The notes: generated by a model from the sequence alone, not told the origin. DNA of 64,000 nucleotides from an uncultured Spirochaetota bacterium (GCA_963768055.1 CAVYGN010000002.1:32001-96000), one strand, 5' to 3'; positions 50,370-61,002 are shown, counted from the first letter of the stretch. Made by a program: numbers and translations.

Positions 50370-50398
50370 TTGACATCGTTTTTTCAAGATTCTATAAT
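50370..50398 (+). promoter_or_regulatory. Consensus sigma70 promoter for hypAB
   Basis: TTGACA-N17-TATAAT. Confidence 0.8.
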
Positions 50399-50418
50399 TA
50401 CCGGTATGGCAGTCAATC

Positions 50419-50763
50419 ATGCATGAATATCCGGTCACTCAAAGGATCGTTAAAATCGCTGAAGAAGCCGCAAGGAACAACAGTGCCCGCAGAATAAAAC
50501 GGATCAATCTTGTCGTAGGCGAGCTTTCCGGTTTTATCGGCGGCTCCATCCGCATGTATTTCGAAGTTCTCTCCAGGGGAAGCATAGCCGAGGGCGCTGA
50601 AATAACCATCAGAACCGTCAAGCCGGAACTTAAATGTTCTGTATGCGGTAAAGTTTTTGTGAAGGAAGACCGTTCATTCGAGTGCCCCGCCTGCGGAGGC
50701 GAAGCGATACTTACGGATAAGGGCAGGGAATTTTACGTTGAAAGCGTGGACATAGAAACCTGA
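50419..50763 (+). CDS. hypA: Nickel metallochaperone HypA
   Basis: MHE N-terminus, VGELS, CxxC...CPAC, GREF. Confidence 0.95.
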   Translation: MHEYPVTQRIVKIAEEAARNNSARRIKRINLVVGELSGFIGGSIRMYFEVLSRGSIAEGAEITIRTVKPELKCSVCGKVFVKEDRSFECPACGGEAILTDKGREFYVESVDIET

Positions 50764-50795
50764 AATAATTTATATAAAACATTGGAGTTGGCAAT

Positions 50796-51452
50796 ATGGC
50801 GGAACAGAAACTGCAGGTAATGGAAGATATATTATCCGAGAATGGTAAAATCGCCCTTTCGGTCAGGAAAAAATTATCGGAAAAGCATGTGCTCGCCGTT
50901 AATGTAATGGGCGCTCCCGGCGCCGGGAAAACGTCAGTCCTTAAAAAAATAATATCAAGAATGCCGGGCCGTTCCTCAGTCATCGAGGGGGACGTCGAAT
51001 CGGATATCGACACCGTGGACCTTAAGAAATCAGGCATACAGGCTTTTCAGATCAACACTATGGGCGGGTGCCATCTTGACGCGCCTATGATCGAGGCCGC
51101 TTTAAACGATTTTGAAATTAGCGAAGGGGCTTACCTCTTCATAGAAAACATAGGAAACCTGATCTGCCCCGCCGAATTCGACATCGGGGAACATCTGAGA
51201 ATGATAATATGTTCCGCAGCTGACGGCAGCGACAAGCCTTACAAGTACCCGCTCGCATTCGAGAGGGCCGACGCCGTAATCGTCAACAAGGACGACCTTC
51301 TCCCGTTCGTCGATTTCGATCGGGAATTCTTTTTAAAGGGCGTCAGGAATCTCAATAAAAACACCGGCGTCTTCTTCACTTCATGCAAAAAGGACACCGG
51401 GTTTGAAGGGATTTTAGAGTTGCTAATTGCTGAAAAAAAGCGTTTGGTTTAA
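50796..51452 (+). CDS. hypB: Nickel incorporation GTPase HypB
   Basis: GAPGAGKT, GCHLDA, ENIGNL.CPAEFD.GE, DKP.KYP, NK.DL. Confidence 0.95.
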   Translation: MAEQKLQVMEDILSENGKIALSVRKKLSEKHVLAVNVMGAPGAGKTSVLKKIISRMPGRSSVIEGDVESDIDTVDLKKSGIQAFQINTMGGCHLDAPMIEAALNDFEISEGAYLFIENIGNLICPAEFDIGEHLRMIICSAADGSDKPYKYPLAFERADAVIVNKDDLLPFVDFDREFFLKGVRNLNKNTGVFFTSCKKDTGFEGILELLIAEKKRLV

Positions 51453-51461
51453 GAGATAACT

Positions 51462-51529
51462 GGATCGGAACCACAGATTTCACAGAGATCACAGATTATA
51501 ATTTTTATAAAAATCAGTGAAATCTCTCA
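51462..51529. repeat. 9-mer tandem repeat arm/hairpin, left boundary of AT-rich insert
   Basis: GGATCGGAAC CACAGATTT CACAGAGAT CACAGATTA; near-identical to the reverse complement of 46982-47018. Confidence 0.8.
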
Positions 51530-51572
51530 GAATTTTATAGTAACATAAATAAAACAGCATTACGTTCATAAA

Positions 51573-51939
51573 TTATTGCTTTTTAATGGAAATTGGATTT
51601 TCAAGATGAGATTTAAGAATTTGAAAAGCATTGTCATATTTATTTTGCCATTCTTTAACTTTTATTTTCTTGGCATTACCATCTTTGTCATTTTCTTCAT
51701 GTTCAGTAATCCAATAATCGGTTAAAATATTGATTTTATCTTTTTTCAAACTCTTTTTTAATTTCATTATCTGTTCGAGATTTAAAAACATTGCAAGATC
51801 ATTAATACATCCCCATACTTCATCTTTCATGTTTTGAGATTTTCTTTCTATTAAAAATACTTCAAACAAAAGTGGCAATTCCAACAAGTAACATTAAAAA
51901 GCCAATTAAGTGCTCACCATTTTTAAGAAAATCGATCAT
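51573..51939 (-). pseudogene. AT-rich orphan gene with an N-terminal TM helix and one frameshift
   Basis: RBS GGAGG, ATG at 51939: MIDFLKNGEHLIGFLMLLVGIATFV*; continues in another frame as EVFLIERKSQNMKDEVW...KKQ*. Confidence 0.55.
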
Positions 51940-52172
51940 AACTTATCCCTCCTAATAAATTTATTTTATATTCTATGAATTATTTGAATAGCATTTAATA
52001 TTCATTAATTTTTGAAAATATTTGGCAAATAGATAATTGTTAGCATAACTAATCACAATAAATATTAATTTAGTTAGGTATAATTTCCTAATAAGTTTTT
52101 AATTTTTCCTAAATTTATCAATCATTTCTTATAAGTGCATTTAAAAAAGAATTATATTTGCTTATAATTATG

Positions 52173-52221
52173 TATGGATTTCACAGATTATATCAGTGTA
52201 ATCAATGTAATCTGTGGTTTC
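52173..52221. repeat. 9-mer tandem repeat arm/hairpin, right boundary of AT-rich insert
   Basis: TATGGATTTCACAGATTATATCAGTGTAATCAATGTAATCTGTGGTTTC; parallels 46964-47013. Confidence 0.8.
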
Positions 52222-52227
52222 AACTCT

Positions 52228-53088
52228 TCAAATGTACCTTTTCATTAATTTCTGCAGTACGGCCATGTCGGGCTTCCTCCTGTAAAGAGGCTCACGGCTT
52301 TTTTTATAGACTTCAAGATTTTCCTCGAAAGGCTTTTTATCTTGATTCATATATAAAACTCCGAGGGGTTTAGGGTCCTCTTCGACCGCCCTCTTGAAAG
52401 CGGCGATCCTGTCCGCAGGATCGTAGGAATCCTCAAGATAGTATGTATGGGCCTTGAACCATTGGAATGTGTTTATCTTATTGAACGATACGCAGGGCTG
52501 GAAAATGTCGACAAGGGCCAGTCCCTTGAACTGTATGGCTTTTTTAATTATTTCCCTTGTTTTGTCAATATCGCCGGCAAAAGCCCTGGCAACGAAAGGA
52601 GCGTCCATGGAGATAGCCAGTGCGACAGGATTGACCGGCGACTCGAAAACCCCGAACACCTGCACCGGGGTATGCATCCCTATCTGCGATGTCGGCGAGG
52701 CCTGGCCCTTTGTCAGCCCATAAACCATATTGTCATGAACGATCAAAGTTATATCGGGATTGCGCCTCATAGCGTGTAATAAGTGGTTTCCCCCCTCGCC
52801 GTAAATATCCCCGTCGCCGCTTTCCGCAATGACGGTCAATTCAGGGTTAGAGGCTTTGATCGCTGTCGCCGGGGGAAGGGACCTTCCATGAAGCCCGTTA
52901 AAAAAATTCAGGTCGAGGTAGTGAGGCATCTTTGCCGCCTGTCCTATCCCCGAAACCATAACCGTTTTTCTCTTGTCGAGTCCGAGCTCGTTAAGAGCGC
53001 CTATCAGGGCCTTCCTGATGCCGAAATTACCGCAGCCAGGGCACCATGCTATATCCTCGACTTTGAGTTCGAAACTATCCCCGGTCAT
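52228..53088 (-). CDS. korB: 2-oxoacid:ferredoxin oxidoreductase beta subunit
   Basis: [38 protein letters not shown]. Confidence 0.9.
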   Translation of the reverse strand: MTGDSFELKVEDIAWCPGCGNFGIRKALIGALNELGLDKRKTVMVSGIGQAAKMPHYLDLNFFNGLHGRSLPPATAIKASNPELTVIAESGDGDIYGEGGNHLLHAMRRNPDITLIVHDNMVYGLTKGQASPTSQIGMHTPVQVFGVFESPVNPVALAISMDAPFVARAFAGDIDKTREIIKKAIQFKGLALVDIFQPCVSFNKINTFQWFKAHTYYLEDSYDPADRIAAFKRAVEEDPKPLGVLYMNQDKKPFEENLEVYKKSREPLYRRKPDMAVLQKLMKRYI

Positions 53089-53098
53089 ATCGCCCTCC

Positions 53099-54763
53099 TC
53101 ATTTTAACAAACCGCTTATACGCACGGCCAGTTCTTCAGTAGAAAAAGGCAGGCCGTCGTATTTCAGGACCTTGTTTTTTATTTCCATGCCGGTCCTCTG
53201 CTTCAAAAGGCCGGCAAACTGACCGGTCTCGTTATTCTCAACGCATATTATATTGTCAGCCTTCTTCAGGTATTCCTCCGCACCGGCAGGGACAGGAAAT
53301 ACCTGGGGAAACCGCAAATAAGCGGTTTTCTTACTCGATAGAACTGCCAGCGCCTCGTTAATCATCGGATAGGTGGACCCCCAGCCTATTACCAGGTTCT
53401 CATAGTCTTCAGGCCCTGTCAATAGAGGCTGAATGTCCTCTTTTTCCAGAATAAAGCCCTTCGAGATCCTTTTATCTGTCATTTTCACCCTGATGTCTAT
53501 GTTTTCTGTTATTAAGCCTTCCTCGTCATGTTCGTCGCTATCAACCCTGACAAGACCCTCGCCGAAACCCGGTATGCCCCGTGGTGAAAGAGAGCCTTTC
53601 TCCATTGAAAATCTCTTATATGAAGCGCCGGTTTTAATAAAGTAATTGGCAGGTTCTTTAGCCGGAATTTTAAATTCCCGGGTATTGTAATAAGAGTCGA
53701 CAAAAAACTGATCGGCAAGGATGACCACAGGCACCTGGTACCTGTCCGAGATATAAAAAGCCCTTGCAGTCAGGCTGAAAGCCTCATCAAGGTTTCCCGG
53801 CGCATATACGGCCCTCGGGAAGGAGCCGTGGCCCGCGTAAACGGCAAGGTTAAGATCGCCCTGTTCCGTCCGGGTGGGTTGTCCGGTAGCCGGACCCGGC
53901 CTTTGAGCTAAAAGTATTACCGCCGGAGATTCTATCATACCGCAGAGGCTGAAGGCCTCTATCATAAGGGCAAACCCTCCGCCTGAAGTGGTGACCAGGG
54001 CTTTCGCACCGGCATACCATGCCCCCAGAGCCATATTCAGGGCCCCGACCTCGTCCTCTATCTGTTCAACTATTATACCAGCCTCTCTGGAATAATCGGC
54101 CATTGCCGTTAAAACACCCGTCGAAGGCGACATCGGATAAGCGCATACATAATTGCACCCTCCCGCCAGGGCCCCGAGAGCTATGGCTTCAGCCCCGCTC
54201 AAGACCATTTCAGATGAAACCTTCAGGTCTTTTTCGATTTTTACAGGCAGCTCCGATTTCAGGTAAAGAGACCCCATTTTATACCCCTTGAGGGAGGCCT
54301 CCTTGTTCCCCTTCCTGATCTCATCGCTTTTACCTGTGAATTGCCTTTCTATAATCCCGGTCATAATAAGGCTGTCTATTTCAAGAAGCCCGCACACGAA
54401 TCCCGCAGCAGCGGAACTCGAGTAAATCGGGTTCCCGGCCTCGCGCGCTATACTATCGAAGGGGGCCCCTGTAATGACAAGAGTTTCAGGAGAAATCCTC
54501 TTTTTAACATGAGGGGCCGGTTCTTTCCCGAGGGCGATCAGAATGTCTATCCTGTCTATAAAAGCGCTGACCCTTTCCCTTGAAACCCTTATTTCGGTGG
54601 AGTTTGCCCCGCCCCTGATCCTCGACATGTATTCCTTGGTCGCGAAAAGATTGTAGCCGCCATTTTTCAGGGCCCTTGCAAGGACCGCCTCTATAGACTG
54701 GATCCCCTGCCCGGCTTCGCCTGCGAGGACTATCGATATATCGTCCCTGATCTCCCTTCGCAT
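53099..54763 (-). CDS. korA: 2-oxoacid:ferredoxin oxidoreductase alpha subunit
   Basis: [41 protein letters not shown]; start at MRR after GGAGG. Confidence 0.9.
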   Translation of the reverse strand: MRREIRDDISIVLAGEAGQGIQSIEAVLARALKNGGYNLFATKEYMSRIRGGANSTEIRVSRERVSAFIDRIDILIALGKEPAPHVKKRISPETLVITGAPFDSIAREAGNPIYSSSAAAGFVCGLLEIDSLIMTGIIERQFTGKSDEIRKGNKEASLKGYKMGSLYLKSELPVKIEKDLKVSSEMVLSGAEAIALGALAGGCNYVCAYPMSPSTGVLTAMADYSREAGIIVEQIEDEVGALNMALGAWYAGAKALVTTSGGGFALMIEAFSLCGMIESPAVILLAQRPGPATGQPTRTEQGDLNLAVYAGHGSFPRAVYAPGNLDEAFSLTARAFYISDRYQVPVVILADQFFVDSYYNTREFKIPAKEPANYFIKTGASYKRFSMEKGSLSPRGIPGFGEGLVRVDSDEHDEEGLITENIDIRVKMTDKRISKGFILEKEDIQPLLTGPEDYENLVIGWGSTYPMINEALAVLSSKKTAYLRFPQVFPVPAGAEEYLKKADNIICVENNETGQFAGLLKQRTGMEIKNKVLKYDGLPFSTEELAVRISGLLK

Positions 54764-54926
54764 ATTGCCCTCCCCTGAAAAACATGATGGAATATAATAA
54801 AAAAACAAAAGATATGTCAATAGGAAATTGATTATTATTTGCGACGACAGGTAAATTTTATTATTCGAGGTTTCGAAAAGAAATCAGAATCTTATGAAGA
54901 AGAAGAAGGCAAAGTTATAATGTGTT

Positions 54927-56102
54927 TTATTTTTTCCCTTTAAGCACAAGGGCGTTTATACCTAGTTTTTTCAGTTCGTCGGAAACGCTCCTGGCCTCGG
55001 TGATCGAGCCGTAGTAGCCGATCTTTATCCTTATCCACTTTTTTCCTTTGACGATATTTTCCGTGGTGAAAACTTCATAGTTCTTCTTTTTTAAGATATC
55101 GTAAAGTTTCAGGGCAGCCGACTCGCTCGTAAAGGCTCCCGCCTGCACTATGTAAGAATTCCCGTTCTCTTCGGGGTTTGACTTTTCAACTATTACATTC
55201 AGCCTGTTTGTGTTCATCTCCGGTTTAATAAGAGCTTCGTTGCTTAAAATTGTATCCGGGTTCACCTCTTTTTCAGTGTAAACAGCATTCGACCCTGAAT
55301 TATCAAGAGCCGGGACCGGCGTTTTTAGAGACGACTCGTCCATGACAAATTCATCGGTGTTCTTCGGCAGGCCGGCTCCGGGTGTAAATGCATTAGTGTT
55401 GGACGCAGTCAGGTCGTTCTCGATAATTTTTTCCTCATAGGGTTCAATATTCAATATATTCGTAATAGGCACGGCGACATAGTTGGTCAGGATAAGCTGA
55501 TTTGTCGAAAACACCTCTACAATATTAGTCGTTACAACGATCTGGTATTTCTGGTTTCCGGCGTTGGAAGCGGTGGACAACGTCCCCTGACCCGGAAGAG
55601 GCAGAGCGCCGGGAAGGGTCGCGTTCGGATTAATAGCAAGGTTTGCGGAAGATGATATTGAGGCGGAAGAAGATGATGATGACGCCGATGAAACGTTCGT
55701 GACGGGGGGCTGCACTATGTCCACTACCTTGTTATCCCCGAGTTTCAAAAGGGTGATCCTCGCATAAACTGTTCCTTTCTTGAGAAAACCAAGATCGTCC
55801 GCGGCTTTTTTTGAAACTTCAAGTATATTGTTTCCGGTGTAAGGCCCCCGGTCGTTCACTGTAAGGGTGACTTTTCTTCCGTTCTCAAGGTTCTCAACGA
55901 CTATCACGGACCCGAAAGGAAAAATCCTGTGGGCGGCGGTCATTTTCTGCCCGTCATATATTTCACCGCTGGCGGTTTTTTTGCCCTCGTAATCATCGCC
56001 GAACCAGGATATGATGCCGTATTCGAATTTCTGGAACTGTGAATATACACTAGAAAAAGCGATAGAGACGAAAACGGCGAGAAAGATCAGCCTTTTGGCC
56101 AT
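54927..56102 (-). CDS. rlpA: RlpA-family septal lytic transglycosylase with SPOR domain
   Basis: TASGE, TAAH..PFG, VNDRGP; long S/T/N-rich linker; VQAGAF...RIKIG. Confidence 0.88.
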   Translation of the reverse strand: MAKRLIFLAVFVSIAFSSVYSQFQKFEYGIISWFGDDYEGKKTASGEIYDGQKMTAAHRIFPFGSVIVVENLENGRKVTLTVNDRGPYTGNNILEVSKKAADDLGFLKKGTVYARITLLKLGDNKVVDIVQPPVTNVSSASSSSSSASISSSANLAINPNATLPGALPLPGQGTLSTASNAGNQKYQIVVTTNIVEVFSTNQLILTNYVAVPITNILNIEPYEEKIIENDLTASNTNAFTPGAGLPKNTDEFVMDESSLKTPVPALDNSGSNAVYTEKEVNPDTILSNEALIKPEMNTNRLNVIVEKSNPEENGNSYIVQAGAFTSESAALKLYDILKKKNYEVFTTENIVKGKKWIRIKIGYYGSITEARSVSDELKKLGINALVLKGKK

Positions 56103-56179
56103 GCTTTCCTCCGGAGAAAACTATTTATTTATCTTTAATTTTATCGGTATAAAATTTTAATTAATAAGCTTAAATGAAC

Positions 56180-56218
56180 TGTCATTTCGAGCTAAGAGCT
56201 TCGCTCCTCGAAATGATA
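56180..56218. repeat. Short copy of the TGTCATTTCGAG palindromic element
   Basis: TGTCATTTCGAGC..GCTTCGCTCCTCGAAATGATA; same ends as 5307-5420. Confidence 0.75.
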
Positions 56219-56340
56219 AGCTGCATTATATTTGATATTTCACAGAAAATTTATTATCCTAACTTAAGGACAGTCCCAATAACTATTATTGTAAATTTTG
56301 TTGAAATTATATCTTAGCATCCGGATCAGGAATGCCCATA

Positions 56341-56390
56341 AAGGGCAGTAATCTAAAAACCTCCTGCATTGGTTTTTAGAACTGCCCTTA
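56341..56390. repeat. Minimal AAGGGCAGTTCTAA-type palindrome
   Basis: AAGGGCAGT(AA)TCTAAAAACC...GGTTTTTAGAACTGCCCTTA. Confidence 0.7.
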
Positions 56391-56476
56391 AGTTTTAAGC
56401 CGGTAAATTAGATCGTCATACTATAAGGAATTTAATCATAAATCTTAAATACTACAAGAGCGGGAAGGCGGTTTTT

Positions 56477-57607
56477 ATGTATGTTGAATGCGGGGGTTCG
56501 CATTACGATATGGGCTTCAAGCAGGGCCAGTCCCTCAAATCCTCAATAAAAGAAGGTTTCGATAATCTGTTCGAATTCGATCCTATAAAAAAGGTCAGGC
56601 CTTTCTACATGAACAGCAGTTTCATCGCCGAAGCTGCGGGTATGATCGCTTATAATTTTCTCATGAGAAAAACGGATGAATTCGATCCTGACACATATCA
56701 AAGGATCAAAGGGATATCGGCCGGTTCGGAACTCCACCTGAACCTCTTCCTTTTTGCCCAGTTTTTCGAAAGCCTGATCTCTTCCCCTTATATGACAATG
56801 TCGGGATGTACGGGGGCGATCCTCGATTCCTCAAGGACGAAAATAAAAAAGAGCCTGCTGATCAAGAATTATGACCTCTTTTCCTTTCTGAGAATGACAA
56901 CATGCGTCAGGAAGAGCAGTCCCTCCGCAAGGCTTAAAAGCCTGGAGCTGATCATATCGCCGATGGCGGGAAGCCATATCGGATTAAATGAAGCAGGGCT
57001 GGCTATATCCTATAATTACGGGATGGAAAAGTCCCACTACAAGAAAAACCTTCCCCCGACCCTGATCTGCCAGTATGTCCTCGAGAATTTTTCAAGGACA
57101 AGGCAGGCCGTGGAATTCATCCGCGACATGGGCGCGTCTAATGGCGCCATTTTCTTTATTTTAGACGATTCCGGCGACGGGATTGTGATGGAAACCCTGG
57201 GTAAGAACTCCGCAATAAGGCCGATGAAGGACGGCATCGTTACGGCGTCGAACATGTTCCTCCATCCGGATATGATGAAATATAATTACAGGGACACCGA
57301 CAGGTACGATAGGATAATTTCGCCGCCTCACTATCATGGGATGCTAATAAACACGACAAACCGCATGCGATACCGGCGGATTTCAGAACTGCTCGACAGG
57401 CCTTTAAGGACCAGGTTTTCGACGATGTACCTGAAAAAGGTCCTTAAGGACCATAACGGCGAAGCCGAGGGAAACGACAATACTATCTGCAGGCATGATG
57501 AAGTCCTTTCGACGCTCGCGTCGGTCATACTGGATATCAAAGAAAGGAAAATGGAAGTAGCGACAGGGGAACCCTGCTGTAATATCTATCAAACCTACCG
57601 TCTTTGA
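56477..57607 (+). CDS. C45-family Ntn-hydrolase (acyltransferase/peptidase)
   Basis: G.HYDMG..QG, SGCT autoprocessing site, KNYD, GLNEAGLAI, ICRH..T..S. Confidence 0.8.
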   Translation: MYVECGGSHYDMGFKQGQSLKSSIKEGFDNLFEFDPIKKVRPFYMNSSFIAEAAGMIAYNFLMRKTDEFDPDTYQRIKGISAGSELHLNLFLFAQFFESLISSPYMTMSGCTGAILDSSRTKIKKSLLIKNYDLFSFLRMTTCVRKSSPSARLKSLELIISPMAGSHIGLNEAGLAISYNYGMEKSHYKKNLPPTLICQYVLENFSRTRQAVEFIRDMGASNGAIFFILDDSGDGIVMETLGKNSAIRPMKDGIVTASNMFLHPDMMKYNYRDTDRYDRIISPPHYHGMLINTTNRMRYRRISELLDRPLRTRFSTMYLKKVLKDHNGEAEGNDNTICRHDEVLSTLASVILDIKERKMEVATGEPCCNIYQTYRL

Positions 57608-58755
57608 CGGGCCTTTTTCGATTTTTTTGTGTCTTTAGGGTCTTTCCTCTTTTCATCCGAGCTCTGGTAAAAAGCCAGTTTCCAGGTGTCGTTCCTGTTT
57701 TTTACAGAAGGGGTCCTGTAAAGGTTTGGAGCGTTAAGGACGAATTTATTGAAGCTTTCGCTCGAGGTTTCAATGCGGGCTATGTTATAGATGTTGAATT
57801 TCCTTTCATTAGGGTTTTTAGCCTGCAGGCCCTTTGCGTCGAGGGCCGCCTTAAAATGATATGTGCGCCCGTTGTAAGTTACATCCGGTATGAACTTCCA
57901 GACCTCGGGATTAACGCTCCCGTCGGGATAACAAACCTTGTCGATCGTCGCGGCCCTGTAGCCGAGATAGGACTCGAACATTTCCATCGCCCTGCCTATC
58001 TCGAAAGATGCTCTTTCCCTGTCATGAAGCACATACCATGACATCTTAACATGGCTTACGGTATGGTTCACTATCTCGAATCCCAGGTCGAGGAGCCTGT
58101 TAAGTTTGTCCCTGACATATTGCGGCTGCATGAAGGGCGCATGCTCGAAAGTAACCGCAAAAGCCGCGTTAAGGCGGAAATCCGGATGGGTCTTTGCAAA
58201 ATCCATCATTATTCCAACCGCGCAATCGGGATCTATCACCGGATTGCCCTTTTCATCCAGGCCCTTGTAGTCGAACTGGCCGTAAGGGCCGTCGTCAAAA
58301 CTAAGGACGTAAAGTTTCGAGTCCGGAGGAATGCGTTCGAGAGATTTCAGCTGGCCTTTTTGAAGAGAGATGTATTCGTCCAAGGATATATTCCTGAAAC
58401 CGGCCTCATAAAGACTTTCGAGTTCATACCTGAATTCCGCCGATGTGACCAGGAAGCGTTCCATCCATGGGGCCTTCCTGATAACTCCCTTGCCGAAAAT
58501 TTCCCTGTCCATGTAAGGGGTATCTATCATATGGTACATCAGGATCGGGACCCTTCCGCCGATGCTGTCCAGCACGTCGTTGATGCTATAGTCGGGATAC
58601 TGGTTTAAATAGTCGCCCTCCTGGTCGAACTCCATGGAGGTAGAAGTCATCCAGCCGGAATCCGTAAAAAAATACAGGCTTATTCCCGCCAGAACAACGA
58701 AGCAAAAAATTATTATTATGATAAGGATACGGCTTCTGTTTTTTTTGGGGTCCAT
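57595..58755 (-). CDS. Membrane-anchored polysaccharide deacetylase family protein
   Basis: VPILMYH, SFDDG, NHT.SH, YPDG. Confidence 0.85.
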   Translation of the reverse strand: MDPKKNRSRILIIIIIFCFVVLAGISLYFFTDSGWMTSTSMEFDQEGDYLNQYPDYSINDVLDSIGGRVPILMYHMIDTPYMDREIFGKGVIRKAPWMERFLVTSAEFRYELESLYEAGFRNISLDEYISLQKGQLKSLERIPPDSKLYVLSFDDGPYGQFDYKGLDEKGNPVIDPDCAVGIMMDFAKTHPDFRLNAAFAVTFEHAPFMQPQYVRDKLNRLLDLGFEIVNHTVSHVKMSWYVLHDRERASFEIGRAMEMFESYLGYRAATIDKVCYPDGSVNPEVWKFIPDVTYNGRTYHFKAALDAKGLQAKNPNERKFNIYNIARIETSSESFNKFVLNAPNLYRTPSVKNRNDTWKLAFYQSSDEKRKDPKDTKKSKKARQRR

Positions 58756-58823
58756 CGAGACCTCCGATATTTGGAACATCCTTAATCAATAGTATCGGCC
58801 GGCCCGGCGATTTGATTTATTTT

Positions 58824-59390
58824 TTATTTTCTATTGATTATCACGTCGCCGTAAAGAAGCCTGTTGAAATTACTGAACTCCCGCACGGTTTCGGGAAAAT
58901 CGTTCGTCATTACAGACTGCAGGCCCGAAACCTTCCAGTAAACGTCCTTTGCAAGTTTGGAAGAGTCCTCGTTACCCCTTGTCTTCGACATCTCTGCCAG
59001 GGATATGCCGTAGCGTATAAGGGAAAGAAAATAAAATTTTCTCGATTTGAGACGGTTTTCCGGGAACAGGTATTTTTCTTCGGCGAGTTTGTAGTAGACA
59101 GATGCAAGGTTTAGTATACCCCGGTTGGAGTAAATATTACCGAGATTGAAATAAATATCGGCCTCATCGGGAAGGTAGCGCGAAGCCTCTTCGTAAAACT
59201 TAACGGCGCTCGCATAGCTTTTCTCCCTGTAAAACTGGTCGGCCCTGGCCTTAAGCCGGAGGCCGAGGATCTGTTTTGTGTCTATATCGTTTTCGAAATA
59301 GTATCCGTTAACATAAAGCTGTTTGCCGGCGGCCGCGGAAAATATTAATATTAAACTAAAGGCAGAACATATCAGAGACTTTCCAAACAT
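58824..59390 (-). CDS. TPR-containing exported protein
   Basis: A...Y..A....P.EA.IYFNLG TPR pattern; signal peptide. Confidence 0.7.
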   Translation of the reverse strand: MFGKSLICSAFSLILIFSAAAGKQLYVNGYYFENDIDTKQILGLRLKARADQFYREKSYASAVKFYEEASRYLPDEADIYFNLGNIYSNRGILNLASVYYKLAEEKYLFPENRLKSRKFYFLSLIRYGISLAEMSKTRGNEDSSKLAKDVYWKVSGLQSVMTNDFPETVREFSNFNRLLYGDVIINRK

Positions 59391-60741
59391 CTCCAGCTCC
59401 AAGAGTTATTACTATGTTTTTTCCCTGGAAAAATGACCTGACCTTTTCAGGTATATCCTTGAGTTCGCTGGTCATGGCGACGTTTTCCCGTCCCTTGATC
59501 CTGACTATCTCGTCATATATCAATTTCGTGCTGATCAGGCCGTCGTCCTTTTCTCTTGCCGCGTATATCTCGGTCAGAACAATACTGTCTGCCCGGGACA
59601 GGGATCGCGCGAATTCCTTGTAAAGGTACTGCGTACGGGAAAACAGATGGGGCTGAAACACAGCTATGAGGCGGGCATGTGTTTTTTCAGAAAGGTTCTT
59701 CGCGGCGTTCAGGGTAGCATCGATCTCGGAGGGATGATGGGCGTAATCGTCGATTACCATGAGGTTGCCCTTGTTGAACTTAAGCTGAAAACGCCTGTCG
59801 GCGTTCTTGAAATTTCTCAGGGTCTTTTCTATAACATCTACTGGAATTCCGTTTACCGCCGCGCAGCCGATGGCAAGCAGGGCGTTGGTCACATTATGCA
59901 TGCCGGGGACGTTTACAAAAAATTCCCCCAGTAAAGCGCCATGTTTTTTAACGATGAAAGAAGATGAAAACTCGTCAAGCCTGATCTTCGAAGCCTTAAA
60001 ATCAGCGCCCCGGCGGATGCCCGCCGAAACGACGTTAGATAAACCCGAGCCTTCGACTACTTTTCTCAGGTTTGCGTCGTCCCTGTTGTAAATAATTTTA
60101 CCGTAAGAAGGGATGTTTTCATGTATGTATTTTGAAAACGCTTTTTTAATATTTTCCAGATTATGGTAATAATCCAGGTGGTCTGAATCGATATTGGTTA
60201 TGACGGCCATCATGGGATGCAGTTTCAGGAAGGAGCCGTAAGCTTCGCAGGCCTCGTAAATAAAATATTTTCCCGCCCCTTCGTAGCCTGAGCCGCCTAT
60301 CTGGTCGATATGCCCGCCGACGGCCAGAGTCGGTTCCAGCCCCGCGGCAAGAAATATCTTCGCGACCATCGAAGTGGTTGTTGTCTTTCCATGGGTGCCC
60401 GAAACCCCGATAGAGAGCTTCGGCGAAGAAAGTTTGTCAAGCATTACCGCACGCTCGTACAAAGCTATCCCCAGCTCCTTCGCCCTTACAAACTCCGGAT
60501 TGTCGCCGGCTATAGCATTGGTATAGACGACGGCGCCTATATCCGGCGTGATATTTTCAGGACTATGGCAAAGCGCTATCTCTATTCCCTGTTTCCTCAG
60601 ATTAAATATAACGGTAGATTCCGCCCTGTCGGAACCCGACACCTCGTAACCCCTGGCTTTAAGGATCACGGCCAGCGCCGACATTCCTATGCCGCCTATG
60701 CCGATCAGGAAAACCTTTTTAGCGCGCCCGGGCTCATTCAT
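59356..60741 (-). CDS. murC: UDP-N-acetylmuramate--L-alanine ligase
   Basis: GIGGIGMS, GTHGKTTT, DHLD, DDYAHHP.E, FQPH..SRT, GAGD. Confidence 0.96.
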   Translation of the reverse strand: MNEPGRAKKVFLIGIGGIGMSALAVILKARGYEVSGSDRAESTVIFNLRKQGIEIALCHSPENITPDIGAVVYTNAIAGDNPEFVRAKELGIALYERAVMLDKLSSPKLSIGVSGTHGKTTTTSMVAKIFLAAGLEPTLAVGGHIDQIGGSGYEGAGKYFIYEACEAYGSFLKLHPMMAVITNIDSDHLDYYHNLENIKKAFSKYIHENIPSYGKIIYNRDDANLRKVVEGSGLSNVVSAGIRRGADFKASKIRLDEFSSSFIVKKHGALLGEFFVNVPGMHNVTNALLAIGCAAVNGIPVDVIEKTLRNFKNADRRFQLKFNKGNLMVIDDYAHHPSEIDATLNAAKNLSEKTHARLIAVFQPHLFSRTQYLYKEFARSLSRADSIVLTEIYAAREKDDGLISTKLIYDEIVRIKGRENVAMTSELKDIPEKVRSFFQGKNIVITLGAGDVWKVSDMFCL

Positions 60742-60943
60742 AGACCCACTCCTCCTGCATTGACCTTTAATTATAATATATATTTACAATTTCGGACAGT
60801 ATTTTATTATCATCGGCCAAATCGATCAATATTCAAATCTCTTTCCGCAGTAAATTTTTAACGTACAAATCGCAGGCCAGGAGGTGTCCTCCTTCCTGTC
60901 ATCGGTTCCTCTCCTTTTTAATGGAATAAATATTTATCAGGAT

Positions 60944-60972
60944 TTGACAAAGGAAAGCCCTAAGTTTATATT
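60944..60972 (+). promoter_or_regulatory. Sigma70-type promoter of the cyclase gene
   Basis: TTGACA-N17-TATATT. Confidence 0.6.
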
Positions 60973-61002
60973 AAACCGTTAATAATGCAGGAGGTAAAAT
61001 TT

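Noticed and set aside
52042..52080. Integron attC site (GCATAAC...GTTAGGT) in the AT-rich insert
   Set aside because: Under 40 bp, too short for attC; no L boxes or integrase; likely chance in AT-rich DNA.
46842..52221. CRISPR array from the CACAGATT repeats
   Set aside because: Units are 9-bp tandem and inverted, with no regular unique spacers and no cas genes.
55640..55695. GAT/GAA repeats in rlpA
   Set aside because: They encode a poly-Ser linker; ordinary low-complexity coding sequence.
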